This document shows, piece by piece, positions 33,358 through 41,250 of a DNA stretch of 44,331 nt. This DNA is from Patescibacteria group bacterium (lineage in GTDB: Bacteria > Patescibacteriota > Minisyncoccia > Ryanbacterales > GWA2-47-10b): NCBI GenBank assembly GCA_038063855.1, contig JBBTUF010000008.1, positions 1 to 44,331 of the forward strand. The letters are read 5' to 3'. Below the pieces are notes generated by a model that saw nothing but the letters and a program-made list of their open reading frames with translations, had not been told where the DNA came from and did not search any database. Position 1 is the stretch's first letter. Each line of letters begins with the position of its first letter. The position numbers and the translations under genes are program-made.

Positions 33358-35543
33358 AACTTGAGGATCTATCTAAAAGTTACGACCCAAAACAATACGA
33401 AGAAGAAATATACCGCGCGTGGGAGCAGTCGGGGTTTTTTAATCCGGACTCATTGCCAAACGCAGAACGTCGCAAACCATTTTCAATTGTAATGGCGCCA
33501 CCAAATATTACCGGGCATTTGCATGTAGGCCATGCGCTTGAAAACGTTATGTCTGATGTTCTCATCCGTCGAAAACGAATGGAAAACTACAAACCGCTTT
33601 TTCTTCCCGGAAAAGACCACGCAGGTATTGCTGGCCAATTTGCAGTCGAAAAGGAACTTAAAAAAGAAGGAAAAACGCGAGCTGATTTGGGTCGCGAAAA
33701 ATTTCTTGAGCGTGTGTGGGAATATATGCGCGAAATCGGATCAAATATTGACCAAGAACTGAAAGGCCTCGGCATATCAACCGACTGGTCGCGCGCACGA
33801 TTCACAATGGATGAGGCGTACCAACATGCCGTTGAAAATGTTTTTTTGCATTATCATAAAAAAGGATATATCTATCGTGGTAAAAGAGTCGTCAATTGGT
33901 GTACTCGGTGTCGCACAACACTATCCGATCTCGAGGTTGAATATACTGAAGAGCAGGGGAAGCTCTACCATATCGCGTATGGACAAATAGATATTGCGAC
34001 AACTCGCCCTGAGACAAAACTGGGCGATTCAGCGCTTGCGGCACATCCGGCTGATGCACGATACACTGAATGGATTGGCAAAGATATTACTATCGAGACA
34101 AGTGATCCCACCGTACCGCGCGATAAAAAACCGAAAATGAGCAAAATAAATCTTCACGTTGTAGCCGACATTGCGGCTGATCCACAATTTGGAACCGGTG
34201 TTATTAAAGTAACACCAGCACACGATATGACCGACTACGAAATTTATACGCGCCATCCGGAAATAAATATTGTACAAATCATCGGTGAGAATGGACGAAT
34301 GAATAAAAATGCTGGCGTGCGATTTGAAGGCCTTACAGTTATGGAAGCGCGTGACCTTATGGTTGAAGACTTAACCACACTCAATCTATTAAAAAAAGCA
34401 GAAGACTATACCCATGCTGTCGCGCATTGCGACCGATGCAAATCCGTAATTGAACCGCTTTTATCTGACCAGTGGTTTTTGAAAATGGATAAATTGGCGC
34501 TTCATGCACAACGTGCAATAGAAAAAAATAAAGTTACGTTTGTACCAGAAAATCGAAAACAAATTATGCTTGACTGGATCGCGGGCATTCGCGATTGGAA
34601 TGTATCCCGCCAACTGTGGTGGGGGCATCGCATTCCGGCATGGCGATGTGAGTGCGATGAAAAAACAAAACCCGCCCGACCGGACAGTCGTTCGGGCGGG
34701 TGGCACATTGGACTCATGGCACCCACAGAACTTTGTCGACGTTGTAAAAAACCGTGGCAACAGACAACCGATGTTCTTGACACATGGTTTTCATCAGCAC
34801 TATGGCCGTTTGCAACGCTTCATTGGCCCGATGAAACTAATGACTTAAAAACATACTACCCAACGAGTGTAATATCGAGCGCGCGAGAAATTTTTTATCT
34901 CTGGATTTTTCGTATGCTTTTTTCAGGTCTCGAGTTTATGGGGCGTCCTCCGTTCAAAACAATTTTTGTACACCCAACTATTCTCGATAAGTCGGGGCGT
35001 AAAATGTCAAAATCAGTCGGCAATATTGTCGACCCCATGAAGCTCATTGGCGAATACGGAATTGATGCTGTGCGATTTGGTCTTATGTGGCAAGTGATGA
35101 GTACCCAAGATATTCATTGGTCGGAAGATGCGCTTCGTGCCGGAAAAAAATTCTTAAATAAAATTTGGAACTCGGGCCGTTTTACGCTCGCACAAATTGG
35201 TACACAAAATAGAACGCTCCGAAAACCACGTGCGACTCGTCCTCATACGCAAAAAATTCTTGCCTCTCTTGAAGCAACATCAAAAACAGTGCGAGCAAAT
35301 ATTGAAACGTACGAATTTGGAACCGCACTTCACACACTCTATGATTTTTATTGGCACGAATTTTGCGATGTATTTTTAGAAGAAGTAAAAAAAGATCCGT
35401 CCTCTGAGACGCATCAAGTGCTTTTTTATGTATTTGCCTCTTCATTAAAACTACTCCATCCTTTTATACCATTTATAACAGAAAAGCTTTGGGAGCTTAC
35501 CCCTGTTCAAAATAAAACTTTGTTGATTGTTGAAGAACTATAA
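33354..35543 (+). CDS. valS: Valine--tRNA ligase (short form, 729 aa)
   Basis: PPNITGHLHVGHA (HIGH), KMSKS and WWGHRIPAW. The GTG start overlaps the tsaD stop. Confidence 0.9.
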   Translation: MKLEDLSKSYDPKQYEEEIYRAWEQSGFFNPDSLPNAERRKPFSIVMAPPNITGHLHVGHALENVMSDVLIRRKRMENYKPLFLPGKDHAGIAGQFAVEKELKKEGKTRADLGREKFLERVWEYMREIGSNIDQELKGLGISTDWSRARFTMDEAYQHAVENVFLHYHKKGYIYRGKRVVNWCTRCRTTLSDLEVEYTEEQGKLYHIAYGQIDIATTRPETKLGDSALAAHPADARYTEWIGKDITIETSDPTVPRDKKPKMSKINLHVVADIAADPQFGTGVIKVTPAHDMTDYEIYTRHPEINIVQIIGENGRMNKNAGVRFEGLTVMEARDLMVEDLTTLNLLKKAEDYTHAVAHCDRCKSVIEPLLSDQWFLKMDKLALHAQRAIEKNKVTFVPENRKQIMLDWIAGIRDWNVSRQLWWGHRIPAWRCECDEKTKPARPDSRSGGWHIGLMAPTELCRRCKKPWQQTTDVLDTWFSSALWPFATLHWPDETNDLKTYYPTSVISSAREIFYLWIFRMLFSGLEFMGRPPFKTIFVHPTILDKSGRKMSKSVGNIVDPMKLIGEYGIDAVRFGLMWQVMSTQDIHWSEDALRAGKKFLNKIWNSGRFTLAQIGTQNRTLRKPRATRPHTQKILASLEATSKTVRANIETYEFGTALHTLYDFYWHEFCDVFLEEVKKDPSSETHQVLFYVFASSLKLLHPFIPFITEKLWELTPVQNKTLLIVEEL

Positions 35544-36280
35544 TGATACCCCACATCACACTCTCAACAACTCTCATGGCTTTTGTTGGTGGGTTTTTGC
35601 CCGCTTTCATCTGGCTATGGTTTTGGCTGAAAGAAGATGAAGCTCCAGAACCTCGCCACTTGCTGTTCCTTGCGTTTGTTGCAGGAATGCTTGAAATACC
35701 TGTAGCGCTTTTCTTTGAAAGAATGCTTTTGCGAGAATTATTACCGTTTATAACAAAAGCAACACAGACAAAAGAAACACTTATTGCAACAGGATCTCTT
35801 TTACTTGGTTCTGCGCTCATCGAAGAGTGTGCAAAATTTCTAGCGGTTGCCATTTTTATCTTTTGGCGTAAGGAATACGATGAGCCTGCCGACGCCATGA
35901 TGTATATGATAACAGCGGCACTTGGGTTTGCCGCTTTTGAGAATGCCTTATATCTACAAAGACCCTTTGCCTACGAAATATTCCAAGGACTTACGATTAT
36001 CAACCTCCGTTTTATAGGGGCAACACTTTTACACGCTCTTTCAAGCGGACTTTTGGGCTATTGTATTGCTGGGGCGTTCTTTCGAGGCAAAATTCGCAAG
36101 GAAATTGCTATTTTTTTGGGACTCCTGTTATCCACTCTCTTGCATGCATTGTTTAACCTTTCTATACTAGTAACAGGATTTGCTGGAGGAAATAGTATTG
36201 AGCCTGCACTCGCAATTCTTATTGCCGCGGGAGTACTTATCCTCTTCTCATTCGAACGCATTAAACATACAATACATTAA
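35543..36280 (+). CDS. PrsW-family intramembrane metalloprotease
   Basis: IEECAKF, GFAAFEN and LLHALSSG motifs, with multiple TM helices. Confidence 0.7.
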   Translation: MIPHITLSTTLMAFVGGFLPAFIWLWFWLKEDEAPEPRHLLFLAFVAGMLEIPVALFFERMLLRELLPFITKATQTKETLIATGSLLLGSALIEECAKFLAVAIFIFWRKEYDEPADAMMYMITAALGFAAFENALYLQRPFAYEIFQGLTIINLRFIGATLLHALSSGLLGYCIAGAFFRGKIRKEIAIFLGLLLSTLLHALFNLSILVTGFAGGNSIEPALAILIAAGVLILFSFERIKHTIH

Positions 36281-36285
36281 GTACT

Positions 36286-36816
36286 ATGCCAAAAGATAAA
36301 CGATCATTTTTTGAACGCCTTACGGGTTCAGTATCTGTAGAAGATACAAACGAAGAAGAGCTCGAGGAAGCTGAGACGTACGAGCAACCTCGTGCGCACC
36401 TCGCGGTCTCTTCCGGAACTAAATCTCGAGCGCACACAAAAGCGTCACCCGCTCGAAAAGATGAAGATTGGCTCACGCCAGAAGAAGAAGGCCAGCTTAC
36501 CGTTGATGTTTTTCAGACAGAAAGCGATATTATCATCCAATCGACCGTTGCCGGTGTTCGACCTGATGATCTTGATGTGCAACTCACGCGCGACATGATC
36601 ACGATACGAGGCAAACGTGAACAAACTCGCGAAATTACGCATGATAATTACTTTTATCAAGAACTCTATTGGGGTAGTTTCTCGCGCTCCATACTATTTC
36701 CATGCGAAGTTGATGTAGATTCTGCCGAAGCCTCACTCAAACATGGGCTTCTCACCGTAAAAGTACCAAAACTCGACCGCCACCGCACTGAACGCATCAA
36801 AGTAAAGAATGAGTGA
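36286..36816 (+). CDS. Hsp20/alpha-crystallin small heat-shock protein
   Basis: QLTVDVFQTESDIIIQSTVAGVRPDDLDVQL...GSFSRSILFPCEVD...ASLKHGLLTVKVPK. Confidence 0.85.
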   Translation: MPKDKRSFFERLTGSVSVEDTNEEELEEAETYEQPRAHLAVSSGTKSRAHTKASPARKDEDWLTPEEEGQLTVDVFQTESDIIIQSTVAGVRPDDLDVQLTRDMITIRGKREQTREITHDNYFYQELYWGSFSRSILFPCEVDVDSAEASLKHGLLTVKVPKLDRHRTERIKVKNE

Positions 36817-36822
36817 TTTTTT

Positions 36823-37005
36823 ATGAGCCTTTCAGAAAAACAATCATATCAAAAAGGAAGAGTAGACGGAATGGGTCAAGCTGTTGCCTTTGCATGGATT
36901 GGGTATTTTTTAAATGTTCAAGGAGATTTTCCTTTATTTGTTTCACTAGGGTTATCTTTATTATTGGTTGGATACTATTGGGGTTATCGAAAAAATACTA
37001 AATAA
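36823..37005 (+). CDS. Small membrane protein (60 aa)
   Basis: Two hydrophobic helices, followed by a terminator. Confidence 0.4.
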   Translation: MSLSEKQSYQKGRVDGMGQAVAFAWIGYFLNVQGDFPLFVSLGLSLLLVGYYWGYRKNTK

Positions 37006-37015
37006 TTCAACGCAA

Positions 37016-37046
37016 ACAAAAAATCCGCATAACGCGGATTTTTTGT
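37016..37046. terminator. Bidirectional rho-independent terminator
   Basis: A-run, then the atccgc...gcggat hairpin, then a T-run. Confidence 0.65.
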
Positions 37047-37093
37047 TTGTTATGGTGGGATGCTTAGCGTCCCTAACACAACGCTCAGCGTTG

Positions 37094-37165
37094 TGCCGCG
37101 GGGGTGAATCGAACACCCGACACGACGCTCTTCAGGCGTCTGCTCTACCACTGAGCTACCACGGC
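37094..37165 (-). tRNA. tRNA-Phe: tRNA-Phe(GAA), no encoded CCA
   Basis: GCCGTGGTAGCTCAGTGGTAGAGCAGACGCCTGAAGAGCGTCGTGTCGGGTGTTCGATTCACCCCCGCGGCA. Confidence 0.9.
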
Positions 37166-37278
37166 ATATTAAAAACTACCTCATTATCCTACTGCATTTT
37201 TTTGGCAAAAACAATCCCAACTTTCAAACATAAAAAATGCTCCTACGCGGACGTAAGAGCAGGGGTAAAACTATACTT

Positions 37279-37686
37279 TTATTTAAAACAAACAAGATTA
37301 TGGTGCCCATGAGCAAGCCATACTTCTCCATGAACTCGCATAGAGCTCGAGGTAAACTTTATTCCAATTTCTGGGAAATACATGCAATAAACATATGGGA
37401 TCCAAACGCCGCCGCCTTCATCTTGCCGTTGCGTACCCATGAAAAGTAAATTTGCCGTGTAAAAGCGCTGTGCAATCGGCTTCTGTCGTGAATTGTACTG
37501 CTTAATGAATGAACGTACGTGATTTTCGCCTGGCGTTGCGTGCTCGCGGTGCGCCCACGCAAGAAATTCATCGGCGGGCATAGAGTTTATGCCTAATGAA
37601 GCGCATGAAACATATTCGAGATCATAGACGCTAAAATCTTTATACGGAGTATTGCATAGCTCTCTCACACTCGTATCCTCCTTCAT
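37279..37686 (-). CDS. Hypothetical protein (135 aa from the internal Met)
   Basis: A terminator hairpin at 37719-55 lies inside the longer track ORF, so MKEDTSV was used as the start. Confidence 0.4.
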   Translation of the reverse strand: MKEDTSVRELCNTPYKDFSVYDLEYVSCASLGINSMPADEFLAWAHREHATPGENHVRSFIKQYNSRQKPIAQRFYTANLLFMGTQRQDEGGGVWIPYVYCMYFPEIGIKFTSSSMRVHGEVWLAHGHHNLVCFK

Positions 37687-37718
37687 TGCAAAACAAAGAA
37701 CCTTGTAACAAAGGCTAG

Positions 37719-37755
37719 CAAAAAGAAACGCCACCTGCAATGCTTCGCAGGTGGC
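37719..37755 (-). terminator. Rho-independent terminator
   Basis: cgccacctgc...gcaggtggcg followed, on the minus strand, by TTTCTTTTTG. Confidence 0.5.
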
Positions 37756-37776
37756 GAATGACCTTTTACAGCTTTG

Positions 37777-37881
37777 CTAAATTGTCCACATTGGTCGTAG
37801 CACAAGATACATAAGTGCAAGCGTGCCTGGGATAATAATCCCACACAAAATGAATCGAAGAAACGACATTAGTGTCAACAT
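37777..37881 (-). CDS. Candidate 34-aa hydrophobic peptide
   Basis: GGGAGGA, then 5 nt, then ATG. MLTLMSFLRFILCGIIIPGTLALMYLVLRPMWTI. A terminator follows. Confidence 0.35.
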   Translation of the reverse strand: MLTLMSFLRFILCGIIIPGTLALMYLVLRPMWTI

Positions 37882-37983
37882 GGCGTCCTCCCAATCCCGC
37901 AAGCATTGTGCGGGGCACCCGAGTTCACTCCAAAAGCGATCCAACTCTAATTTATCACGAAAATAGTAAAAATTTAAATTGTG

Positions 37984-38031
37984 GGCACGCAAGGGATTGA
38001 ACCTTGGACCTTCTCGGCTTGCTCTGATGCT
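37984..38031 (-). pseudogene. Orphan tRNA 3' portion (from about the anticodon loop to the acceptor end)
   Basis: The minus strand reads ...GCCGAGAAGGTCCAAGGTTCAATCCCTTGCGTGCCCA, with T-arm CAAGG/TTCAATC/CCTTG. No matching 5' half is present. It abuts the CCA end of tRNA-Val(UAC). Confidence 0.45.
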
Positions 38032-38106
38032 TGGTGGACGGTGCAGGATTCGAACCTGCGGCCTTTCGCGTGTAAAGCGATTGCTCTACCACTGAGCTAA
38101 CCGTCC
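38032..38106 (-). tRNA. tRNA-Val: tRNA-Val(UAC) with encoded CCA
   Basis: GGACGGTTAGCTCAGTGGTAGAGCAATCGCTTTACACGCGAAAGGCCGCAGGTTCGAATCCTGCACCGTCCACCA. Confidence 0.9.
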
Positions 38107-38127
38107 ACCAAGTATCGGAGTGTAAAC

Positions 38128-38179
38128 GGTTAAAAGACATCAATATGTCTTTTAACCTCCACCATTGAGCTAGTCGCCC
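38128..38179 (-). pseudogene. Orphan tRNA 5' portion followed by a 13-bp perfect hairpin
   Basis: The minus strand reads GGGCGACTAGCTCAATGGTGGAGG (acceptor plus D-arm). It runs straight into GGTTAAAAGACAT-ATTG-ATGTCTTTTAACC. No T-arm follows. Confidence 0.3.
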
Positions 38180-38207
38180 ATATAAAATCAACCGCCCGTG
38201 AGTTTTT

Positions 38208-38311
38208 ATCCCGCACCTTCACAATACCGAATTAAATCATACTAGAAAATTTTATAATCCACCAGTTCACTCATATAACAAGATTATATTACCTTCTAGA
38301 AGGTGCGGGAT
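38208..38311. repeat. 13-bp perfect inverted repeat separated by 78 nt
   Basis: ATCCCGCACCTTC (38208-20) pairs with GAAGGTGCGGGAT (38299-311). The right arm overlaps the local palindrome ACCTTCTAGAAGGT (38291-304). Confidence 0.4.
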
Positions 38312-38330
38312 TTATTCTAGCGGATTTATA

Positions 38331-38369
38331 TAAAAAAGAAACCCCGCCTTTCTTTGTGAAAGGCGGGGT
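38331..38369 (-). terminator. Strong rho-independent terminator
   Basis: 12-bp stem accccgcctttc/gaaaggcggggt followed, on the minus strand, by TTCTTTTTTA. Confidence 0.7.
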
Positions 38370-38374
38370 TGAGA

Positions 38375-38497
38375 CTAGAGCTGGCCTGGAAGACCGGTTG
38401 AGCGAGGCCCCTTGCCGTTGTCACCATACGAAAGCACGTGGCGAACAGCCAAGAAAACCAAACCAACGACCACAAGCCATACAACAGCATACATCAT
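38375..38497 (-). CDS. Candidate 40-aa membrane peptide, translationally coupled
   Basis: GAAGGAGAA SD, and an ATGA overlap with the stop of the upstream gene. MMYAVVWLVVVGLVFLAVRHVLSYGDNGKGPRSTGLPGQL. Confidence 0.4.
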   Translation of the reverse strand: MMYAVVWLVVVGLVFLAVRHVLSYGDNGKGPRSTGLPGQL

Positions 38498-38865
38498 GCG
38501 GTTCTCCTTCTTTGTTGTCCAGTCACTACTCGCCTGTCAGCAGGAACGGAAAAGCCAAATTCTGCCGCAAGCCGACGAGCCTTCAAAAAGTTGTCATGCT
38601 GACGCCTAGCGAAAAACCTGTTTCTGTTCCAGCTAGCCTTGAGGCTTTGGCGATTCAACTCACTAAGTATTATACTCACTTCTTCTCGAGCAAGAGTTGA
38701 ATCATTTGGTAATTTTCCAAAGATCAACCTAAAAGACTCCCTTCGCCGTTCCATTAATTCCATTGCGAGCCGCCTTAAGCGACTTCTACTCCTGCGGACT
38801 TGCGCCCACGCAAGCAAAGGAATAAAAAGAATGGCTACCGGTAAAGCAATAATGCCTTCAAGCAT
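38494..38865 (-). CDS. Hypothetical Arg-rich protein with an N-terminal TM helix
   Basis: ORF only. Confidence 0.45.
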   Translation of the reverse strand: MLEGIIALPVAILFIPLLAWAQVRRSRSRLRRLAMELMERRRESFRLIFGKLPNDSTLAREEVSIILSELNRQSLKASWNRNRFFARRQHDNFLKARRLAAEFGFSVPADRRVVTGQQRRRTA

Positions 38866-38947
38866 ACGCGCCCCCTCCTTCCTTGGTTATATGTACTTTG
38901 TCTGCTAACGATTATAACAAATAGAGCGTTTTTGTCAAGTTTTTTTA

Positions 38948-39019
38948 TGCCCTCGACAGGAATCGAACCTGTACCTTCTCCTTCGGAGGGAGGTGTTGTA
39001 TCCATTCAACTACGAGGAC
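38948..39019 (-). tRNA. tRNA-Arg: tRNA-Arg(CCG), no encoded CCA
   Basis: GTCCTCGTAGTTGAATGGATACAACACCTCCCTCCGAAGGAGAAGGTACAGGTTCGATTCCTGTCGAGGGCA. Confidence 0.9.
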
Positions 39020-39025
39020 TATCCC

Positions 39026-39544
39026 TTATGTATGCTTATCCGCAACTACAAACGCGCCGTATGAAAAAGGCTTTATCACCGGCACAAAGCCATACCCTTT
39101 TACCATGCCTGATATGCCGTCAATTAAATCTTTTGTGGGGCCGTTCATGCCCACATCAATATGAATACAGCGAAACTCCACACGCCCTTCCCAAAATATT
39201 TCTTCTCCAATTTCTTCTTTCATAAGTGTACGAAGTTCTTGCGCAAGTGTGATCGAAAGCATTGCTTCTTTCCAAATACGATCTTTTAGATTAAAAAATT
39301 TTTCTTCATGTCGTGTCCAAAAAGATACCCCTCCATTGCCAATACGGCGAACCACAATTGCCGTAACAAATGCCGCTTGCCCTTTGAGGGTTGCTTGTGA
39401 ATCACTCCCAATAACAATTTCGTATGATGAATCTGCGTGCGCCGAAACGTAATTGCGAATGTCCGCAACAACACCGCGAAGTGCAACCATCGATCCTGTC
39501 GCAGTATGAAAAATTTCTTTAGATAAGACTTTGCTGGACGTCAT
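39026..39544 (-). CDS. YkuK-family RNase H-like protein (DUF458)
   Basis: YEIVIGSDSQ...AFVTAIVVRRIGNGG...CIHIDVGMNGPTKDLI matches the B. subtilis YkuK pattern, recalled from memory. Confidence 0.65.
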   Translation of the reverse strand: MTSSKVLSKEIFHTATGSMVALRGVVADIRNYVSAHADSSYEIVIGSDSQATLKGQAAFVTAIVVRRIGNGGVSFWTRHEEKFFNLKDRIWKEAMLSITLAQELRTLMKEEIGEEIFWEGRVEFRCIHIDVGMNGPTKDLIDGISGMVKGYGFVPVIKPFSYGAFVVADKHT

Positions 39545-40316
39545 TTTGTAATTGATATAGTTCTGAAGTTGGCGTAGCGGCCGTTACGCGTTCGATATGA
39601 AATGTACGAATTCCACCTCGTGTATGGCAATACCCTTCAAATGAATTTACTCCTATCGAATAAATATCGATTTTTCTTCGGCTTGGAAGTACCCTTGAAC
39701 CATCTTCTACTTTATAGTCAACCATGATTGCTACACGACGTGCAAGCGCATCAGCCAAAATTCTTTTTATCGCGGGGGCAGTATCACGCCAACGAACTTC
39801 AATTTTTACTCGCCCACGATCCCGCGTATCAGCCAATACATATCCATGCTCTTTGCCAAATTCGTACAAATCACGCGTGAGTCGTACATCTTGCAGACAA
39901 TAGTCTTTTACTTTATCTTTTTGCCCATCGCGCCACCAATCAATCGCTTCAAGCCCCATGCCGGTCTTGCCGACACCAAGTGTCGCGCGAGAAAGATTAT
40001 CGAGAGATACACGAAAGCCAAGACCACGCTCAACCTCATCCATAAGATCAAGTACATCGAGCCGCCCCAAATCAAACTTCACGTGCGGCTGAAGAACGGG
40101 AATATCAAAATGCTTTATATTAAACCCAATCAGTATACTTGAGGCCTCAAACATGCTCTCGAGCCGAGGAAATTCTTCTTTTTCAAATGCTATAAATGCG
40201 TTCGCGCTATATTCGTACGCTCCTACAACCGTGACCCCGAGCAAATGCATATTCTGCTTGCCACCGACTTCTTTGAAATCTTTTTCTGTTTCAATATCAA
40301 TAACAATCGCGTTCAT
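39519..40316 (-). CDS. DEDD 3'-5' exonuclease fused to a C-terminal WYL-like domain
   Basis: VIDIETE (Exo I), GFNIKHFDIPVL (Exo II) and YCLQDVRLT (Exo III). The C-terminus RRVAIMVDYKVEDGSRVLPSRRKIDIYSIGVNSFEGYCHTRGGIRTFHIERV fits the WYL pattern. Confidence 0.65.
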   Translation of the reverse strand: MNAIVIDIETEKDFKEVGGKQNMHLLGVTVVGAYEYSANAFIAFEKEEFPRLESMFEASSILIGFNIKHFDIPVLQPHVKFDLGRLDVLDLMDEVERGLGFRVSLDNLSRATLGVGKTGMGLEAIDWWRDGQKDKVKDYCLQDVRLTRDLYEFGKEHGYVLADTRDRGRVKIEVRWRDTAPAIKRILADALARRVAIMVDYKVEDGSRVLPSRRKIDIYSIGVNSFEGYCHTRGGIRTFHIERVTAATPTSELYQLQNDVQQSLI

Positions 40317-40374
40317 GAATACACCTTTGTATCACAAAATATGCTCGTGGTCAAAAATCTGATAGAATTATGCA

Positions 40375-41250
40375 ATGGAACAAGGCACGATTATTTTGCT
40401 TGTACTGCTCATCGTTATTATTGCTTTTGCTGCTTTTTCATATACTGGGATATCGAGCAACAATATTCCACGCGCAACCCCACCAAATCCAAAAGCTGAA
40501 TTTGGTGTTATTCATGAACAAAAATCATTTTTCAGTTCAGGATCAAAAAACACAGGTGGATCCCCGACGGTACCGTCGGGGCAAGCTCAAACAGCCTTAG
40601 AACTTCAAAAAAAGTTTATCTCACTTTCAAAAGCCAATTAAAGTCAACGCGATATAAATCAAGAATATGTTCAAATTTCGTACTCGTCATCAGCCACTGA
40701 TCCCATCGATCTTACCGATTGGGTAATTTCAAACTCGAGAGGCGAATCATTTAAACTTGGGAATACAACGCAACTTCCTGGAGTCACACCGGTGGGCAAC
40801 CAAGAGAGACTTATTATTCAAAAAGGCAGTAAAATAAATGTTATTACAGGACGAAGCCCACGAGGCGAAAATTTTAGAGCAAATAAATGCGTGACCTACC
40901 TAACTCAATTCAAAAAATTTGTTCCATCACTTCCTGGTTCCTGCCCTGCGCCAAACAAAGAACCCGGGCAAGAATCATTAACCGACACGTGTTATCTGTA
41001 TGTGAAAAATTTATCGAGCTGCCGCATGCCTTCGACCCTACCATTTAATCTCGATAACACATGCCGTGAATATATAACAAAAATTGCAAGTTATGATGCG
41101 TGTATAAAACTTCATAAAAATGATACTGATTTTTATAAAAACGAGTACTGGACCTACCTCAACCGCCCCACTGAACTTTGGAGCCAAGTACGTGATAGCA
41201 TCATACTTCGCAACTCTCGTGGTGAAGTCGTAAAATCAATTTCGTATTAA
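40375..41250 (+). pseudogene. Secreted lamin-tail-domain (LTD) protein gene interrupted by one in-frame TAA (40639-40641)
   Basis: Track ORFs 40375..40641 and 40792..41250 are in the same frame, and the 150 nt between them has no stop. The read-through sequence ...ISLSKAN*SQRDINQEYVQISYSSSATDPIDLTDWVISN... forms one LTD-like domain. Confidence 0.6.

Noticed and set aside
37984-38031. Possibility that the orphan T-arm/acceptor piece is the 3' end of tmRNA or half of a split tRNA
   Set aside because: No tag-reading frame, no pseudoknot-like region and no matching GGGG...5' acceptor strand lie upstream, because the adjacent sequence is an intact tRNA-Val. The orphan 5' fragment pairs with it at only 5 of 7 acceptor positions, so a functional split tRNA is not supported.
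37985-39019. The orphan 3' fragment as a displaced copy of the tRNA-Arg(CCG) 3' half, delimiting a 0.9-kb integrated remnant
   Set aside because: The fragment and the tRNA share GAGAAGGT and the generic T-loop. Outside that, identity is about what any two tRNAs show (roughly 16 of 25 positions by eye), so the specific parentage is not supported.
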